Positions 41,732 through 54,451 of a DNA stretch of 64,000 bases are shown here, one piece after another. This DNA is from Octopus vulgaris. Lineage: Eukaryota. The notes under the pieces were generated by a model that saw only the letters and a program-made list of their open reading frames with translations, did not search any database and was not told the DNA's origin. Position 1 is the stretch's first letter. Each line of letters begins with the position of its first letter. The DNA is taken from NCBI GenBank assembly GCA_951406725.2, contig OX597825.1, positions 13,826,001-13,890,000 of the forward strand, in the 5' to 3' direction. The translations under genes and the position numbers were made by a program.

Positions 41732-42329
41732 GTACCACACCCACACGCTTTCACAAACTCCTAAAAATATATACAATTATACGTAGACATATAACTCTAC
41801 ATAAACATACATTTACAAGGGAATTTTCATATGTTCTTATGAATAACACAATTTTTTTTTTTTGAAGTATCAGTTTTCTGTAAGCCACATAGAAAATGAG
41901 CCACGGGTAGGCATTTCCTTGTGATTGAGGGTACACATATGAGATTTTGCATGTGTTCCTTTGTGCGTGTGTATGCTTCTTTGTAGGCATGTACCGATGT
42001 GTGCTTTTATGTTTGTGTGTGTATGTGTGTGTGTGGTAATTTATTGATCGGTTATGTAAAACATGAATATATATTTATATGAATGAAGCCTAAAGCATCC
42101 ACAAAATTGCAGCACACTCTGCCTATCCTGTATTCATATCCGTGTATATACGCACCGCGTATACACGCTCGCAATCTTCCCTAGTTCGGGATCTATATTT
42201 TTATAGCTTTCTTTGTATTTGATGTACAGCAATATAAAATTGTGTAAGTTAAAATGGCGTTTTATGATGATCCGAGATTCCACAACTAACACACATCATA
42301 CTCTGCTTGTCCGTACACTAATCTGATCC

Positions 42330-42377
42330 ATACGTATATATGTGCTTATATATGTATGTGTATTCATATTTATATGT

Positions 42378-42448
<71 letters not shown>

Positions 42449-42698
42449 TATGTATATACATACATATATATGTATGTATGTATATACATATATATTTGTA
42501 TGTATGTATATACATACATATATATATGTATGTATATACATATATATATATATATGCATATATATGTATATATATATACATATATATATGCATATATATA
42601 TATATATGTACATATATGTATGCATATATATATATACATATATATGTATACATACATACATACATAAATATATATATATATGTGTGTGTGTGTGTATA

Positions 42699-42770
<72 letters not shown>

Positions 42771-42900
42771 CATCTATATATACATTTATATAGATACAAA
42801 CACATGCATATATATATGTGTGTATGTTTATGTATGCATGTTTGTGTGTGTACATACATATGTTTGTATATATGCCTCTGTGTGTGTGTGCGTGTATGTG
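42330..42900. repeat. (TA)n/(TACA)n microsatellite field
   Basis: Direct reading; similar fields at ~15.4-15.8, 31.2-31.5, 33.3-33.8, 41.4-41.7 and 57.45-57.9 kb. Confidence 0.95.
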
Positions 42901-44437
42901 TTATCTGAAGTTATTTTATCAGTCATGACAGATATGAATATGGGCGGCATATACCAAACAAGCTCGTCTCTCTATGGAACTTTCTAGAATCTGAAGAGAA
43001 ATTATTCAGAATGTAGTTCCCTGTAATTCATTTTTACTTTATGAATGATTTTTCACCAGAACATGCATTATTCATCATTCTTTTCATATTCCATCTCAGA
43101 AAAACCAGTTGTGCTTATTGTTTGACTCAATTTTTTTTGTATTTTTTTGGTGGGGTTTTTTGCTGGGTTTTTTTTTGTGATTTAGCCAAATCTGTCAGGT
43201 TTTTGGTAATATTGATTTTTATCTAAGAGCCAGTTCTGTATCTTTTTTTTCCTATTTATTAGTATTGTTTTTAAGGCATAGGGATATCGTGTATTGATTT
43301 GACTCTGCTACCTATTACATTTTTTAAGAATTTTGTTTAGAATATTTGCCCATGAGATGAAATAAAATGCCTCCTGTGAAGGTACAGCCTCGGTACAATG
43401 AAGCATTGAACATGTGTTATATAATATTGTAATATATTCCATTTATAAAAATTCCAGGATCATACATGGTAATTGTTCCTGGTGAAATGAGATGGAGCAG
43501 GCGAGATATTGTAAAATAACCTAGCTTTGTATTTTATATTCTGCCATGGGTTACGCTTGAAATCTGAAGTGTTGTTTTGATTGTGTTACTAAACTGATCA
43601 TGTAGTCAACATGAGACAAACTCATGTACGTTTTTTATACCAACCAATGGTCATGGATGTGCAGATGTAGCTGTGTAGTTAAGAAATTCACATTGCAGAT
43701 CATATGGTCTTGGGTTCAATCTATCTCGTTGCACGTTAATTTGGGCAAGTGTCTTCTACTATCACGAAGGGCTAATCAACGCCTTGTGAGTGAAGTTTGG
43801 TACAAATTGTGTGAAAGACCATTCTATATGTGTGTGTATGTGTGTGTTTCTGTCTTTGTATTTGACTCCACTACTGCTTGAGGCATATGGCTCAGTGGTT
43901 AGGGTGTTGGACTCATGATCGTAAGATTGTGGTTTCGATTCCTGGACTGGGCGACGCGTTATGTTCTTGAGCAAAGCACTTTATTTCATGTTGCTTCAGT
44001 CCACTCAGCTATAGAAATGAGTTTAGCCTGGAGAGGGACAGGCTGTGCCAAGATTTCTTGTCTTGGATATGCTGTTTGGCTGCAGTGCCCCAACGATACC
44101 CAAGGGGTTAAGGGACATGTCAATTGCCCACCGCTGCTTGATAACTGGTGTTTGCTTGTTTGCATCCATGTAATTTAGTAGGCTAGCATAAAGCAACTGA
44201 TTGAGTGAGTACTGGGACTGATTTGATTGACAAAACCCTTGTTTGACTAAACCCCTAGCTTGGCTGACGTCTAATGACAGAAGGCAATAAAAGAAAAAAA
44301 ATTAGAAGGCTTTTAGGTATTCTTCTAAATTCGGGACTGATTTGATTGATGAAACCCTTGTTTAACTAAACCCCTAGCTTGGCTGACGTCTAATGACAGA
44401 AAAAAATAAAAGAAAAAACTAGAAGGCCTTTAGGTCT

Positions 44438-44840
44438 TCTTCTAAATTGGATTCACTCTCTCATCGTCATCATGTGGCTTCTTTGTCTCTTTTCTATAAG
44501 TATTTCCATGGACATTGTTCTGCTGAGCTCTCTTCTCTGGTTCTTCCTTTAAGAACTTATCAGTGATCAACTAGACTTGCATCCAGTTCTCATCAATATA
44601 CTGTGCAACCTCCTAAGTGTCATAAAGCACTTTACAGCACCAGTTTCTTCTCTCACACCTCTGAACATTGGAATTCCCTTCCACAGTCTTGTTTTCCTCT
44701 TCAATATGACCTCCAGCCTTTTAAGTCTAATGTACGTCATCACCTATTGACTTCTGTCTAGCATCCATTTAATTCTAGTAGCTCTTGTGTTTTCAGGGGT
44801 CTGAGAACTTTGTAATGAGCGAACGCTTTTTTTAAAAAGA
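44438..44840 (+). pseudogene. CR1/Jockey-group LINE ORF2 C-terminus and 3' UTR
   Basis: LDSLSHRHHVASLSLFYKYFHGHCSAELSSLV...*...TRLASSSHQYTV...YSTSFFSHTSEHWNSLPQSCFPLQYDLQPFKSNVRHHL, ending TAG at 44759-44761; one internal stop. Confidence 0.85.
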
Positions 44841-46215
44841 AGGGTCATTAACAACCCAAATTAGACAGATCTCATTTTCATAATCATTTTTATTATTTTC
44901 TTGGTTTTTGTTTTTTCCTCAGTTCAAGACATTGTACCTACTTAAGGGTTCTGAGAGGCTAAAATGAAAGATTCTCAGATAAAATGCCTTCCTGAGCACA
45001 TGGGGCAAAATGATTAGCACCGTTTTGTCGAACGGTCTAAGTTCAAATTCTGCCAAGGTCAACTTTGCCTTCCTTCCTTTCAAGCTGGATAAAATAAGTA
45101 CCAGTTGAACACTGGGGTCGATGTGATCAGCTTGCCCCCACCCCCACTCCTGAAATTAATGGCCCTGAGCCAAAATTTGAAACCAATATTTACTTTCATG
45201 AGTTTAAATCTTACAAAGATTAACTGTCCCTTGTCCCTTTCTAGGACCCATAATATACATAGCAGTCACAAGTACAGCAATTTATTTGAATAGCAAAACC
45301 CTTTTTTCTAAAAAATGTGTGATTTTGTGTTTATATTAGAAATCAATACCATTTTTTTTTCCCCCTTCAAAATCTTTAGCAAGTCAAAAACAATGAGATG
45401 TTTGCTTTGAGGATCACGTGGAACATTCCGAACAATTTCTGTAATAATGTTGTTGTTTTTTATTTTATGTTTATGAATGAACGAAACCTTACATGCAAGA
45501 AACCTCGGTCTTGAGTTTACAATTCTTATGATTTTTGTTATTTATGTATTTTTATAAGGAATGCGTTTGATGTATTGTATTTCATTGGTGTAGCTCATTC
45601 ACATAAGTCATGTTTCAGGAGATGGTGGGATGGGTTTGCCATGTTCTTTTGTTGGAAATTTACCACCGCAGCAAATGTCAGGTCACTTTGACCCTTGCCC
45701 TTCTTACTACATTCATTGGTTGATAACACCAGTTGTACTGTAGCTTCTGCTCAGTTTTTCTTCTTTTTCATTTTTCTTTTTCTTTTTTTTTTTTTTTTTT
45801 TTTTTGGCAAGAGGAAAACTGTTTTGTATGGAATATATTTTCCATGCAGCGATTAGATCACTGCTATTAATAATAAGCTATTCAGAAAATCTGCAAACAT
45901 TTCTATATCCAATCCATTTCAATTAAATAATTAAATCAGCGAAATGCTTAGAACTCTTTTACAGAATGGGATTTGAAGATAAAACAGACAATGAACCAGG
46001 CTAACTTGACACTTGTTATAACAAAAGAACTTTCAAGTGTATTTGAAAATTAAACTTTGGTTTCAATCATATCTTCTTGTCTACACATTTTTTCTTTTTT
46101 TTTTTCTTTTTTGCATCTCATCTCAGAATACGCAATAATAGCACAGAAGGAAAATATCCTTCGTTGACAAAATATCAGATACTTCATTGTTACATATACA
46201 TTTCTATAAGAAGCA

Positions 46216-46275
<60 letters not shown>

Positions 46276-48161
46276 AGCTGGTGAAGTTGTCATTCTTCAG
46301 TGTCTAAATTATCAAATTCAAATTTTTAAAATCTTCATGAATTATTTTTATGCTCTTAAAACAATAGCACCATGTCTAACTACAAGCCATCCTACCCCCT
46401 TATTCTACAATACATAAGAGCGTAACATATTCTTCAGTTGAAGTATAACCATTATACACCCACCCAACCACCCACCCACACCTGCTTCCGTGAATCAAAC
46501 GAAAGTAATCTCATAATGTCACTTTTGTGTTAAGATTTCAAAGAATGGAAGTTTATAACATTTTATCTGTAATGCATGCTTTCATTGTTATTAATAGCAA
46601 TTTTCTAAAACTATTCCATTGTTCGGAAGAGTATGGTGAAAGATGCTGAAGTTTCTTCAAGACAGGCAGCTCAAAATTTTTAGATGCTGTAGTTTAGACT
46701 GAAGGTCAGCAGACCTTTTTCAAAACTATTTGAATCATGACTAACGTAGATTTTTGCACTTAGTTTATTACTGACCATTCTGTCCAGTATGTTCTACGAT
46801 CTTTGCTAAGACATCTGGCTGTGATTTGAAATAGATTCAGCTGCAATTTCTACCAGATGAAGTGGTTATGTAAAGGCTCCCTCAACGCTTATTTTTCAAA
46901 GACGGTCTTAGTAGTCAGTCTGAGGAATTCTGTTGTAATAATGGAACACAGGATTTTCTGACTAATTGAAAAACATCTCTCTTCGAATAATGTTCACATA
47001 ATCTTGTTGTTCACAGCAGACCTCAGCTGCGATTTCGAAATGCATTAACTTAATGTCGATTCAAAGATTAATGGAAGTTATATCAAAACCCAGATTTGTC
47101 TTTGAATCTCTCTTATTTGACTCTTTTGTATGAAGTTGATGGTATTTACCATTCTCAGATAGTATTAATTTTTCAGTATTGGTTTCCAAGTAACAGAAAT
47201 TTAGAACATGCAAGCCAAAAGGGAAGCTTATATGCAGTTATTTGACCTGTTAAAAATACTTATTAGATGAATCTTCCTGTAATTATTCCTTATTGAATTA
47301 AAAAGGGAAGAAATATTGAGTAACATAGCCATAAATTTCTTTCTTTTTCTTGAGTTCTTGGGCTCAAAACACAGGTTATCTGATTTCCATGATGTATAAA
47401 TGAATTAGATCAGAACATTGTCCTATAATGGGATACCGGTCCACTGCAGGTTTAGGGGGAAAAAAATAAGTGAATTGCATCATGTCTAGTACTTCACTGG
47501 TACTTTATTTTATTGGCCCTGAAAGGATAAAAGCCAAAGTTGTTCTTGGCAGGATTTGAACTCAGAATGCAAAGATTCAAAAGAAATACTGCTTGGCATT
47601 TTTGCCTATGTGCTAACGATTCTGTGAGCTCACCACCTCAATCATAAATTTATCATCCAGAAAAAAATAGATGTTATGGTCCTCAGGTAGAAGACACTTG
47701 CCCAAGGTGTCACGCAGTGGGACTGAACCCGGAATCATGTGGTTGGTAAGCAATCTACTTACCACACAGCCACTCCTGCACCTATATTTATGGTCTATGA
47801 TGATTCCGTTTATTTGTTTAGTGACATTAGCCATCTTGTATCTTATGTTGTTCTTGTTGTTTTTGCTGTTGTTGTTGTCACTATGGTCACACTAACAATC
47901 AAACATGGATACAAAGGTGCATGTCCTACATTCTTTGTATATTTTATCCATTTCGTTTTGTCTGTATTTTCAATATTTCTGTTATAAATGGATGTGAATA
48001 TTTCATTTACTTCCAGACATTCTCCTCGAGAAAGCAGTTTTTGTGTTGTTATTCTATCATTAATTATGGAGGTTTATAAAACGATATCAACATTATCAAC
48101 AGCATCTGTTATTTCAAATAGAATGAATGGTCAGAAGCTAAATGGTAGTGGTAAGAATGGG

Positions 48162-48500
48162 GGTACCAGTGGTACTGTTGGGGGTTTGTGGTTGTGATTA
48201 TAGTACTGATGATAGCATGGTGGCGGTGGTCGTGGTGGTGGTGGTGGGTGTGGCAGTGGTGCTAGCTGTAATGGTGGTGGTGGGGGTGGTACCAGTGGTA
48301 CTGTTGGGGATTTGTGGTTGTGATTATAGTACTGATGATAGCATGGTGGCGGTGGTCGTGGTGGTGGTGGTGGGTGTGGCAGTGGTGCTAGCTGTAATGG
48401 TGGTGGTGGGGGTGGTACCAGTGGTACTGTTGGGGGTTTGTGGTTGTGATTATAGTACTGATGATAGCATGGTGGCGGTGGTGGTGGTGGTGGTGGTGGA
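48162..48500. repeat. 126-bp tandem repeat x ~2.7
   Basis: GGTACCAGTGGTACTGTTGGGG starts at 48162, 48288 and 48414; copies nearly identical. Confidence 0.92.
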
Positions 48501-48795
48501 TGTGGTATGCAAGTTTGGAGAATGGGTAAGTTAATTACACAGGCCCCACTTCTCAACTGCTACTTATTTCATATTGGTTTCAAATTTTAGCACAAGGCCA
48601 GCAATTTTGGGGAGGGGATAAGTCAATTACATTAACCCCAGGGTTCAACTGGTGCTTATTTCATTGCCCCCCCACCCCCCGCCAGAAGAATGAAAGACAA
48701 AGTCGACCTCAGCAGGATTTGAACTCAGCGCATAAAGACAGATGAAATGGTGCTAGCATTTTGGTCAGTGTACTAATGATTCTGCCAGCTTGCTG

Positions 48796-49430
48796 CATCA
48801 TTATCATCATCGTTTAATGCCCACTTTCCATGCTGGCATGAGTTGGGCTGTTTGACTGCGGGCTGGCAAGCCAGATAGCTGCACCAGGCTCCAATCTGAT
48901 CTAACAAAAGTTTCTACAGACGGATGCCCTTCCTAACGGCAACCACTCCAAGAGCGTAGTGGGTGATTTTTACATGCCACCAGCACAAGGGCCAGTCAGG
49001 CAGTACTGGCATTGACCACACTTGAATGATGCTTTTTACATGCCACTGGCATGGGAACCAGTCAGACAGCACTGGCAATGACCATGCTCGAATGGTGCTT
49101 TTTAAGTGCCACCAGCATGGGACCAAGTCAGGTGGCACTGACATTGACCACATTCATATGGTGCATTTTATGTGCCACCTGCATCAGAGCCAGTCAGGCA
49201 GCATTGGCATTGACCACGTTTGTATATTGCTTTATATGTGCCATCGGCACAGGAGCCAGTCAGGCAGCACTGTCATCAACCACGTTCAAATGGTGCTTTT
49301 TATGTGCCACCAGCCTGGTAACAAGTCAGGTGGCACTGGCATCAACCATGTTTATATGTTGCATTTTACATGTTGTCACCATGGGTGCCAATCTGGAGGG
49401 CCTGGCATTGACCTTGCTCAAATGCTGCCA
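48796..49430 (-). mobile_element. RTE 3'-UTR element with an expanded ~66-bp sub-repeat array (~7 units)
   Basis: (GAT)n tail at ~48800; units TGCCACCAGCAC..GCCAGTCAGG..GCACTGGCATTGACCAC...GGTGCTTTTTA from ~48975. Confidence 0.85.
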
Positions 49431-49904
49431 ATACCGAAAATAATTCATATCCTTACAACCATTGCCTCCTTAACTATTATTAACAGCAATGAAAATAACT
49501 ATGTTGATCCCTAACAGCTATAAACAAATTTGGAATTAAAGCAACGAAAGAAAGCGAAAGTAAAAACCTGACTGTGAAAAAATACCAAATAGTCATGTGA
49601 CTGAGGTATCAATATTTGATCAGTAATGAAGACGAGCAGAGTCAATTCCATTGAAGTGATGAAGAAACACTCTGAAAATATTGCAACTTTTATGAAATGG
49701 TGTTATTGGTAATGTTTCGAATTAATAATTTATGGCAAAATTCCTTAATGCTGCAATGTCTCGTAGACTTTCTCTGACAAATTGTGTCAAACGTTTTGTT
49801 GTTTTGTTTGTGTTTTGCTTGTGTTTTGTTTGTTGTTTTTGTTATCCCTAAGAGGTACCGTCTGTATATTTATGACTTGGTTGAAAAAAAATATATATAT
49901 GAAG

Positions 49905-49947
<43 letters not shown>

Positions 49948-50489
49948 AATATATAAAGATATATATAAAATATATGATGTATACAATATATAAATATAAA
50001 AATATATATGGAATGAAGAATTTATGTTTATTTTTATGAGCATATTATTTTAGGTCGATAATATATGTTTCCGTGCATGCCATACATGTATAATAAATAT
50101 TCCAGCAGTTATTTTGAAATGTTAGATTTGGTGAATCATATTTTGGCATTGATAGACTGCCAAGGTTCCTTTCAATATTGTCCAACTTATGACAGTTAAT
50201 GGAATAAACTGCTGAAAAATACTAAGAAACATGGATGATTAAAAGAAAAAAAAAACTTTTTTGTTTTTAAATACTGATCTCTGTTAGAATAATTATTATA
50301 GACATGGGGATGGCTGGATGGTTAAGAAGTTTGCTTTTTCAACCATGTGGTATTAGGTTCAATCCCACTCTGTGGAATCTTGGATTAATTTTTTTTACTA
50401 TAGTCTTGGATTGACAAATGCCTTCCGAGTGAATTCAGAAGGTGGAAACTGTATAGAAGCCTCCATGTGTATCTATATCTATATATTTA

Positions 50490-50680
50490 TAGTTGGAATT
50501 TACAAAAAAAAACAAAATAAAAGACAAGGACGAATGTGTAAACAACAAGCAGATGTATTAGTTTAATGCTCGGGAAGTGAGAAAGTCTTTTATGTTTCGA
50601 GCCTAGGCTCTTCAGGAGAAAGGAACACAGAAATAAGCAGAGAAAAAAATAAAAACCGTTTAGTGGCTAGTGATCAATTA
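50490..50680 (-). mobile_element. Short Penelope-like terminal-repeat fragment; related partial copy at ~41298-41385
   Basis: Shared TTTCGAGCCTA(C/G)GCTCTT...AGAAAGGAACACAGAAA...TAGTGGCTAG(C/T)GATC; minus strand has CTGAAGAGCCTAGGCTCGAAAC. Confidence 0.5.
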
Positions 50681-52025
50681 TATATGTATGTATGTATTTT
50701 TTTAAGGTTGGTACTTGCTTTAAAGGTCTCTTTTACCAAAACATTAAGTTATGAGTATGTAAACAAACTAACAAAACAGGGGGAGGTGTAAACAAACTGG
50801 TTGTCAAGTGGTTGGAATGGGGGGAATCAAACATGAACACAAAGACATACATACACACACACACACACATCATCATCATCATCATTATTATCATTGTCAT
50901 TTAGCGTCCATTTCCCATGCTGGCATGGGTAAGATGGTCTCATTGGAGCTGGAAAGCCGGAGAGTGCAACAGGTTCCATAGTCTGTTTTGGCTTGGTTTC
51001 TGTGGTTGGATGCCTTTCCTAATGCCAACCACTCCTCAGTGTGTACTGGGTGTCTTTTGCATGTCCCTAGCATGGGTGCCTTTCGTGTGTCACTGACACA
51101 GGTACCTTATATGTGTCACCAGCACAAGTGCCTTCCACATGTTGCTGGCATGGGTGCCTCCCACGTGTCACCTGCACAGGTGTCTTTCACATATGTGTGT
51201 CTATATTGCTTGTATTCATGTGAAAGCGCCCATGCTGGTGTCACAGGAAAACACTCAGCACACTCCGGAGGCTTTGGGAAGGGCATCCAGCTGTAGAAAC
51301 CATGTTAAAATGCACAAATGGAACCCGGGTGGTTCACCAGTTGGCCAGCTCCTACCAAACAGTCCAACCCATGCCAGCATGGAGAACAGACATTAAAAGA
51401 TGATGATGGTGATGACGATGATGATGATGATGATGTTATCTCATAGCACAGAGATTGTAAATCAAAATTACATACAACACAACAATGAAAATGTTTTGCT
51501 TTTCTCTGGTTTTTTTTTTTTTAATTATTTAAGAAGCGAAAATCGGTGATGATTTTTAAAATTGAAAATTTACCCATGACTAATCACTCAATAGTCCTCT
51601 GTACGAAATTGAATTATTCTTAGGAACGGTTTTTTTTTTTTCTAAATTAAGTCGAACAATGGCATCTTCACATTTTTCTGTCGAACACTTTGCAGAAGTT
51701 TCCATAATTTTATCAAACACAATTTGATTATGTTTTCCTGTCATTTATTATATATGGTTATATAACCAAAAATTAATCTTTTTATAAGCTATTTTTCTGT
51801 GTTAATCCAATGAAATAAATGTAAATCAATGTAATAAATGGTGCCAGTTTAATATATTTCATTTAGATTCAAATTTCAAATTTTATAAAGTCATAAAAGC
51901 ATTAAATGAATAAATTAATGAGGCCTGCAATAACAATTGATTGAATGTTTCATTTTAGTTGTTAGTATTTTGTTTTATATTTCATTTTAATTAATCGTTT
52001 TTTTTTTTCATTTCTATATTTTCAG

Positions 52026-52052
52026 ACAAATCACCAGAATCTAGAAAACATG
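52026..52052 (+). CDS. Candidate 27-nt microexon of an unidentified plus-strand gene (TNHQNLENM or xKSPESRKHx)
   Basis: Long polypyrimidine tract, ~58-nt AG-free zone, TTTTCAG| acceptor, perfect G|GTAAGT donor, length divisible by 3, two open frames. Confidence 0.7.
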
Positions 52053-52424
52053 GTAAGTTTAACTAAATTAATCTTGCAACATTGATGTAAAAATCTAGCT
52101 TGGAGTGTCCTTTCTTCTTTTAAATATCCTGGTTAAACAATGGATTCTTTGTTGTTTTTTGTTTTTTTTCACATAAAATTGCAGTTGATAATGCATTCCT
52201 GTTATTAAGCAGCTGATGAAAACAAATGAACTGCACAATAAAAACAAAGAAAAAAAGAAACTAAAGAATATTGAAAATTAATCAGTTTAGGTTGATTAAA
52301 TTTATTTGACCGCAAAATAAGTTTTAGAATTTGGATCACATAAAAAATATTTATTGCTTAAAATACAATGGAAAAATAAAATAATAATGAATCTTTCAAA
52401 TTGATAAAGATATCTTTTAAAAAC

Positions 52425-53000
52425 ATGGGTGCAGGCGTGGCTGTGTGGTATGAAGTTCGTTTTCCAATTGTGTGGTTCTGTGTTCAGTCCTACCGTGTGG
52501 CACCTTCAACAAGTGTCTTCTTCTGTAGCCTTGTGAGTGAATTTGGTAGACAGAAATTGAAAGAAGCTGGTCATATATATGTCTTTGTGTCTGTGTCTGC
52601 TTGATAACTGGTGCTGTTGTTGTTAAGCAACAAGATGGGTAAGGTTGATTAGGTGATGGTCTAGGGCTTAGGGGCAGGAGACCTCAGACCTTGGAAAAAG
52701 AAAAAAAAAATTGGTCGTCTTGTTGTAGTCGAGGGCTCTTTGTTGACGCCCGACACCACTGGGAGGTGGACCTTGAAGTCACCGGAAATGGAGATCTCCA
52801 GGTCCAAATTCTTGAACGGCAATAACTGGTGTTCGTGTATTTATGTCCCTGTAACTTCGTGGTTCGACAAATGAGACTGATGAAATAACTATGAGTCTTA
52901 AAAAAATATGTACTGGAGTCAGTTCATTCATTCAACTAAGAATTCTTCAAGGTGGTGTCCCAGCATTGGCACAGTAATGACTGAAACAAATAAAAGATCA
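52425..53000 (+). mobile_element. SINE family A, diverged, interrupted by a 208-bp retroposon
   Basis: Head at ~52425; body resumes after 52831. Confidence 0.8.
52614..52821 (-). mobile_element. Retroposon insertion with (CAA)n tail and 10-bp TSD
   Basis: ATAACTGGTG at 52604-52613 and 52822-52831; minus-strand end TTAACAACAACAG. Confidence 0.75.
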
Positions 53001-53171
53001 GAAGATAGAAATGAAGACTGTTGATGCTATGAATTTTAGCATGGGAGCAGGAGTGGCTGTGTGGTAAGTAGCTTGCTTACCAACCACATGGTTCCGGGTT
53101 AGTCCCACTGCATGGCACCTTGGGCAAGCGTCTTCTACTATAGCCTTGGGCCGACCAAAGCCTTCTGAGTA

Positions 53172-53298
53172 GATTATTATTATTATTATTATTATTCAGG
53201 TCACTGCCTGGAATCGAACTCAGAATCTTGGGGTTAGTAGCCCGTGCTCTTAACCACTATACCATATGCCCATGACCTGAATAATAATAATAATAATG

Positions 53299-53332
<34 letters not shown>

Positions 53333-53478
53333 CAACAACAATAACATTAAAAAAAACCCTTCTGAATGAGAACCTAGTTTCAAAATTTCCCCAAGACACC
53401 TGATGAAGGCTGGAGGGTATATCAGTCAAAACAAACAAGATGAGGACAAATATCCGTCAAATGTAAATAATGTAAATT
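53172..53478. mobile_element. tRNA-headed element with hammerhead-like motif; head inverted relative to body
   Basis: Minus-strand tRNA-like head plus (AAT)n at 53172-53272 abuts a plus-strand body from 53273 that contains CTGATGA at 53400; homologous to the 63.2-63.6 kb element. Confidence 0.75.
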
Positions 53479-54043
53479 ATGATCAAGGAATTTTCCCAGG
53501 TGTAGGCAAAACTTCTTTATACTGAGAAGTCACAGTTCTGATACTACAAACATGGGGTCAGAGTGTTGCTTTAAAAATTGTAAAATAGATTTTTCAAACA
53601 GAATCAACCGGCAGAGGACCTAGGGTTTGACCAAGACCAAGATGATTTAATACTATCCATAGTCACAGTAGGTCACACTTGAGTGATCAAGCGGCAAAAG
53701 TGTAATAATGGTTGCTTCTTGTATGGAAGAGTTGCCCGAGAACTCTTCCCCAACAAACCTCCCAGGAACAGAGTGTTGTGTGTGAAAATGGACGGAGGGA
53801 AGTGTTGGAGTCATAAAGAACTGCTGTTTCTTTTTTCATTAAGATGTGCATTGTTAAGTGATTGATTTAAGAAATGTCAGTTTACTTTAATTATTGATTT
53901 TTTTTTTATTGAACCTGGATTCTGTGGAAATAAACAAACAAGCATCTCTTCATGCACTTTAGCAGTTCCGTAGTTGTAAAACATGGCGAAACGTAATCAG
54001 TTGTGATGATGAGATTATTTCCCAGGTTGCCTGGAATGGTGTC

Positions 54044-54091
<48 letters not shown>

Positions 54092-54155
54092 GGTGGTGGT
54101 GGTGGTGGTGGTGGTAGTGGTGGTAGTGGTGGTGGTGGTGGTGGTAGTGGTGGTG

Positions 54156-54230
<75 letters not shown>

Positions 54231-54231
54231 A

Positions 54232-54290
<59 letters not shown>
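54044..54290. repeat. (GTA)n/(GTG)n compound microsatellite
   Basis: Direct reading. Confidence 0.95.
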
Positions 54291-54451
54291 TCCACACGAG
54301 CCTTGGGGCCCACATAGCCCTTGAGTTCCATATCACCCTTTGGGGGTCCACATAAGATTTTGTTGTTAAAATGTATGTGCAATAAAACTGGTTCTGCTTC
54401 TACAGTGCACGAAATATTTCAACAATTTGTTTTATGCAATTCTGAATATCA

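Noticed and set aside
48131-48556. ORF with a 42-aa Pro-rich repeat
   Set aside because: Product of a recent 126-bp tandem duplication of GGT-rich DNA; no splice context or codon-level signal
49026-49514. 162-aa ORF with 22-aa Cys/His repeats resembling a metal-binding protein
   Set aside because: Antisense reading of the 66-bp retroposon UTR repeat; the period is divisible by 3 by coincidence
53197-53271. tRNA gene with ACT anticodon (and other tRNA-like heads)
   Set aside because: Acceptor stem does not pair well and the sequence continues into a repeated element body; these are SINE heads
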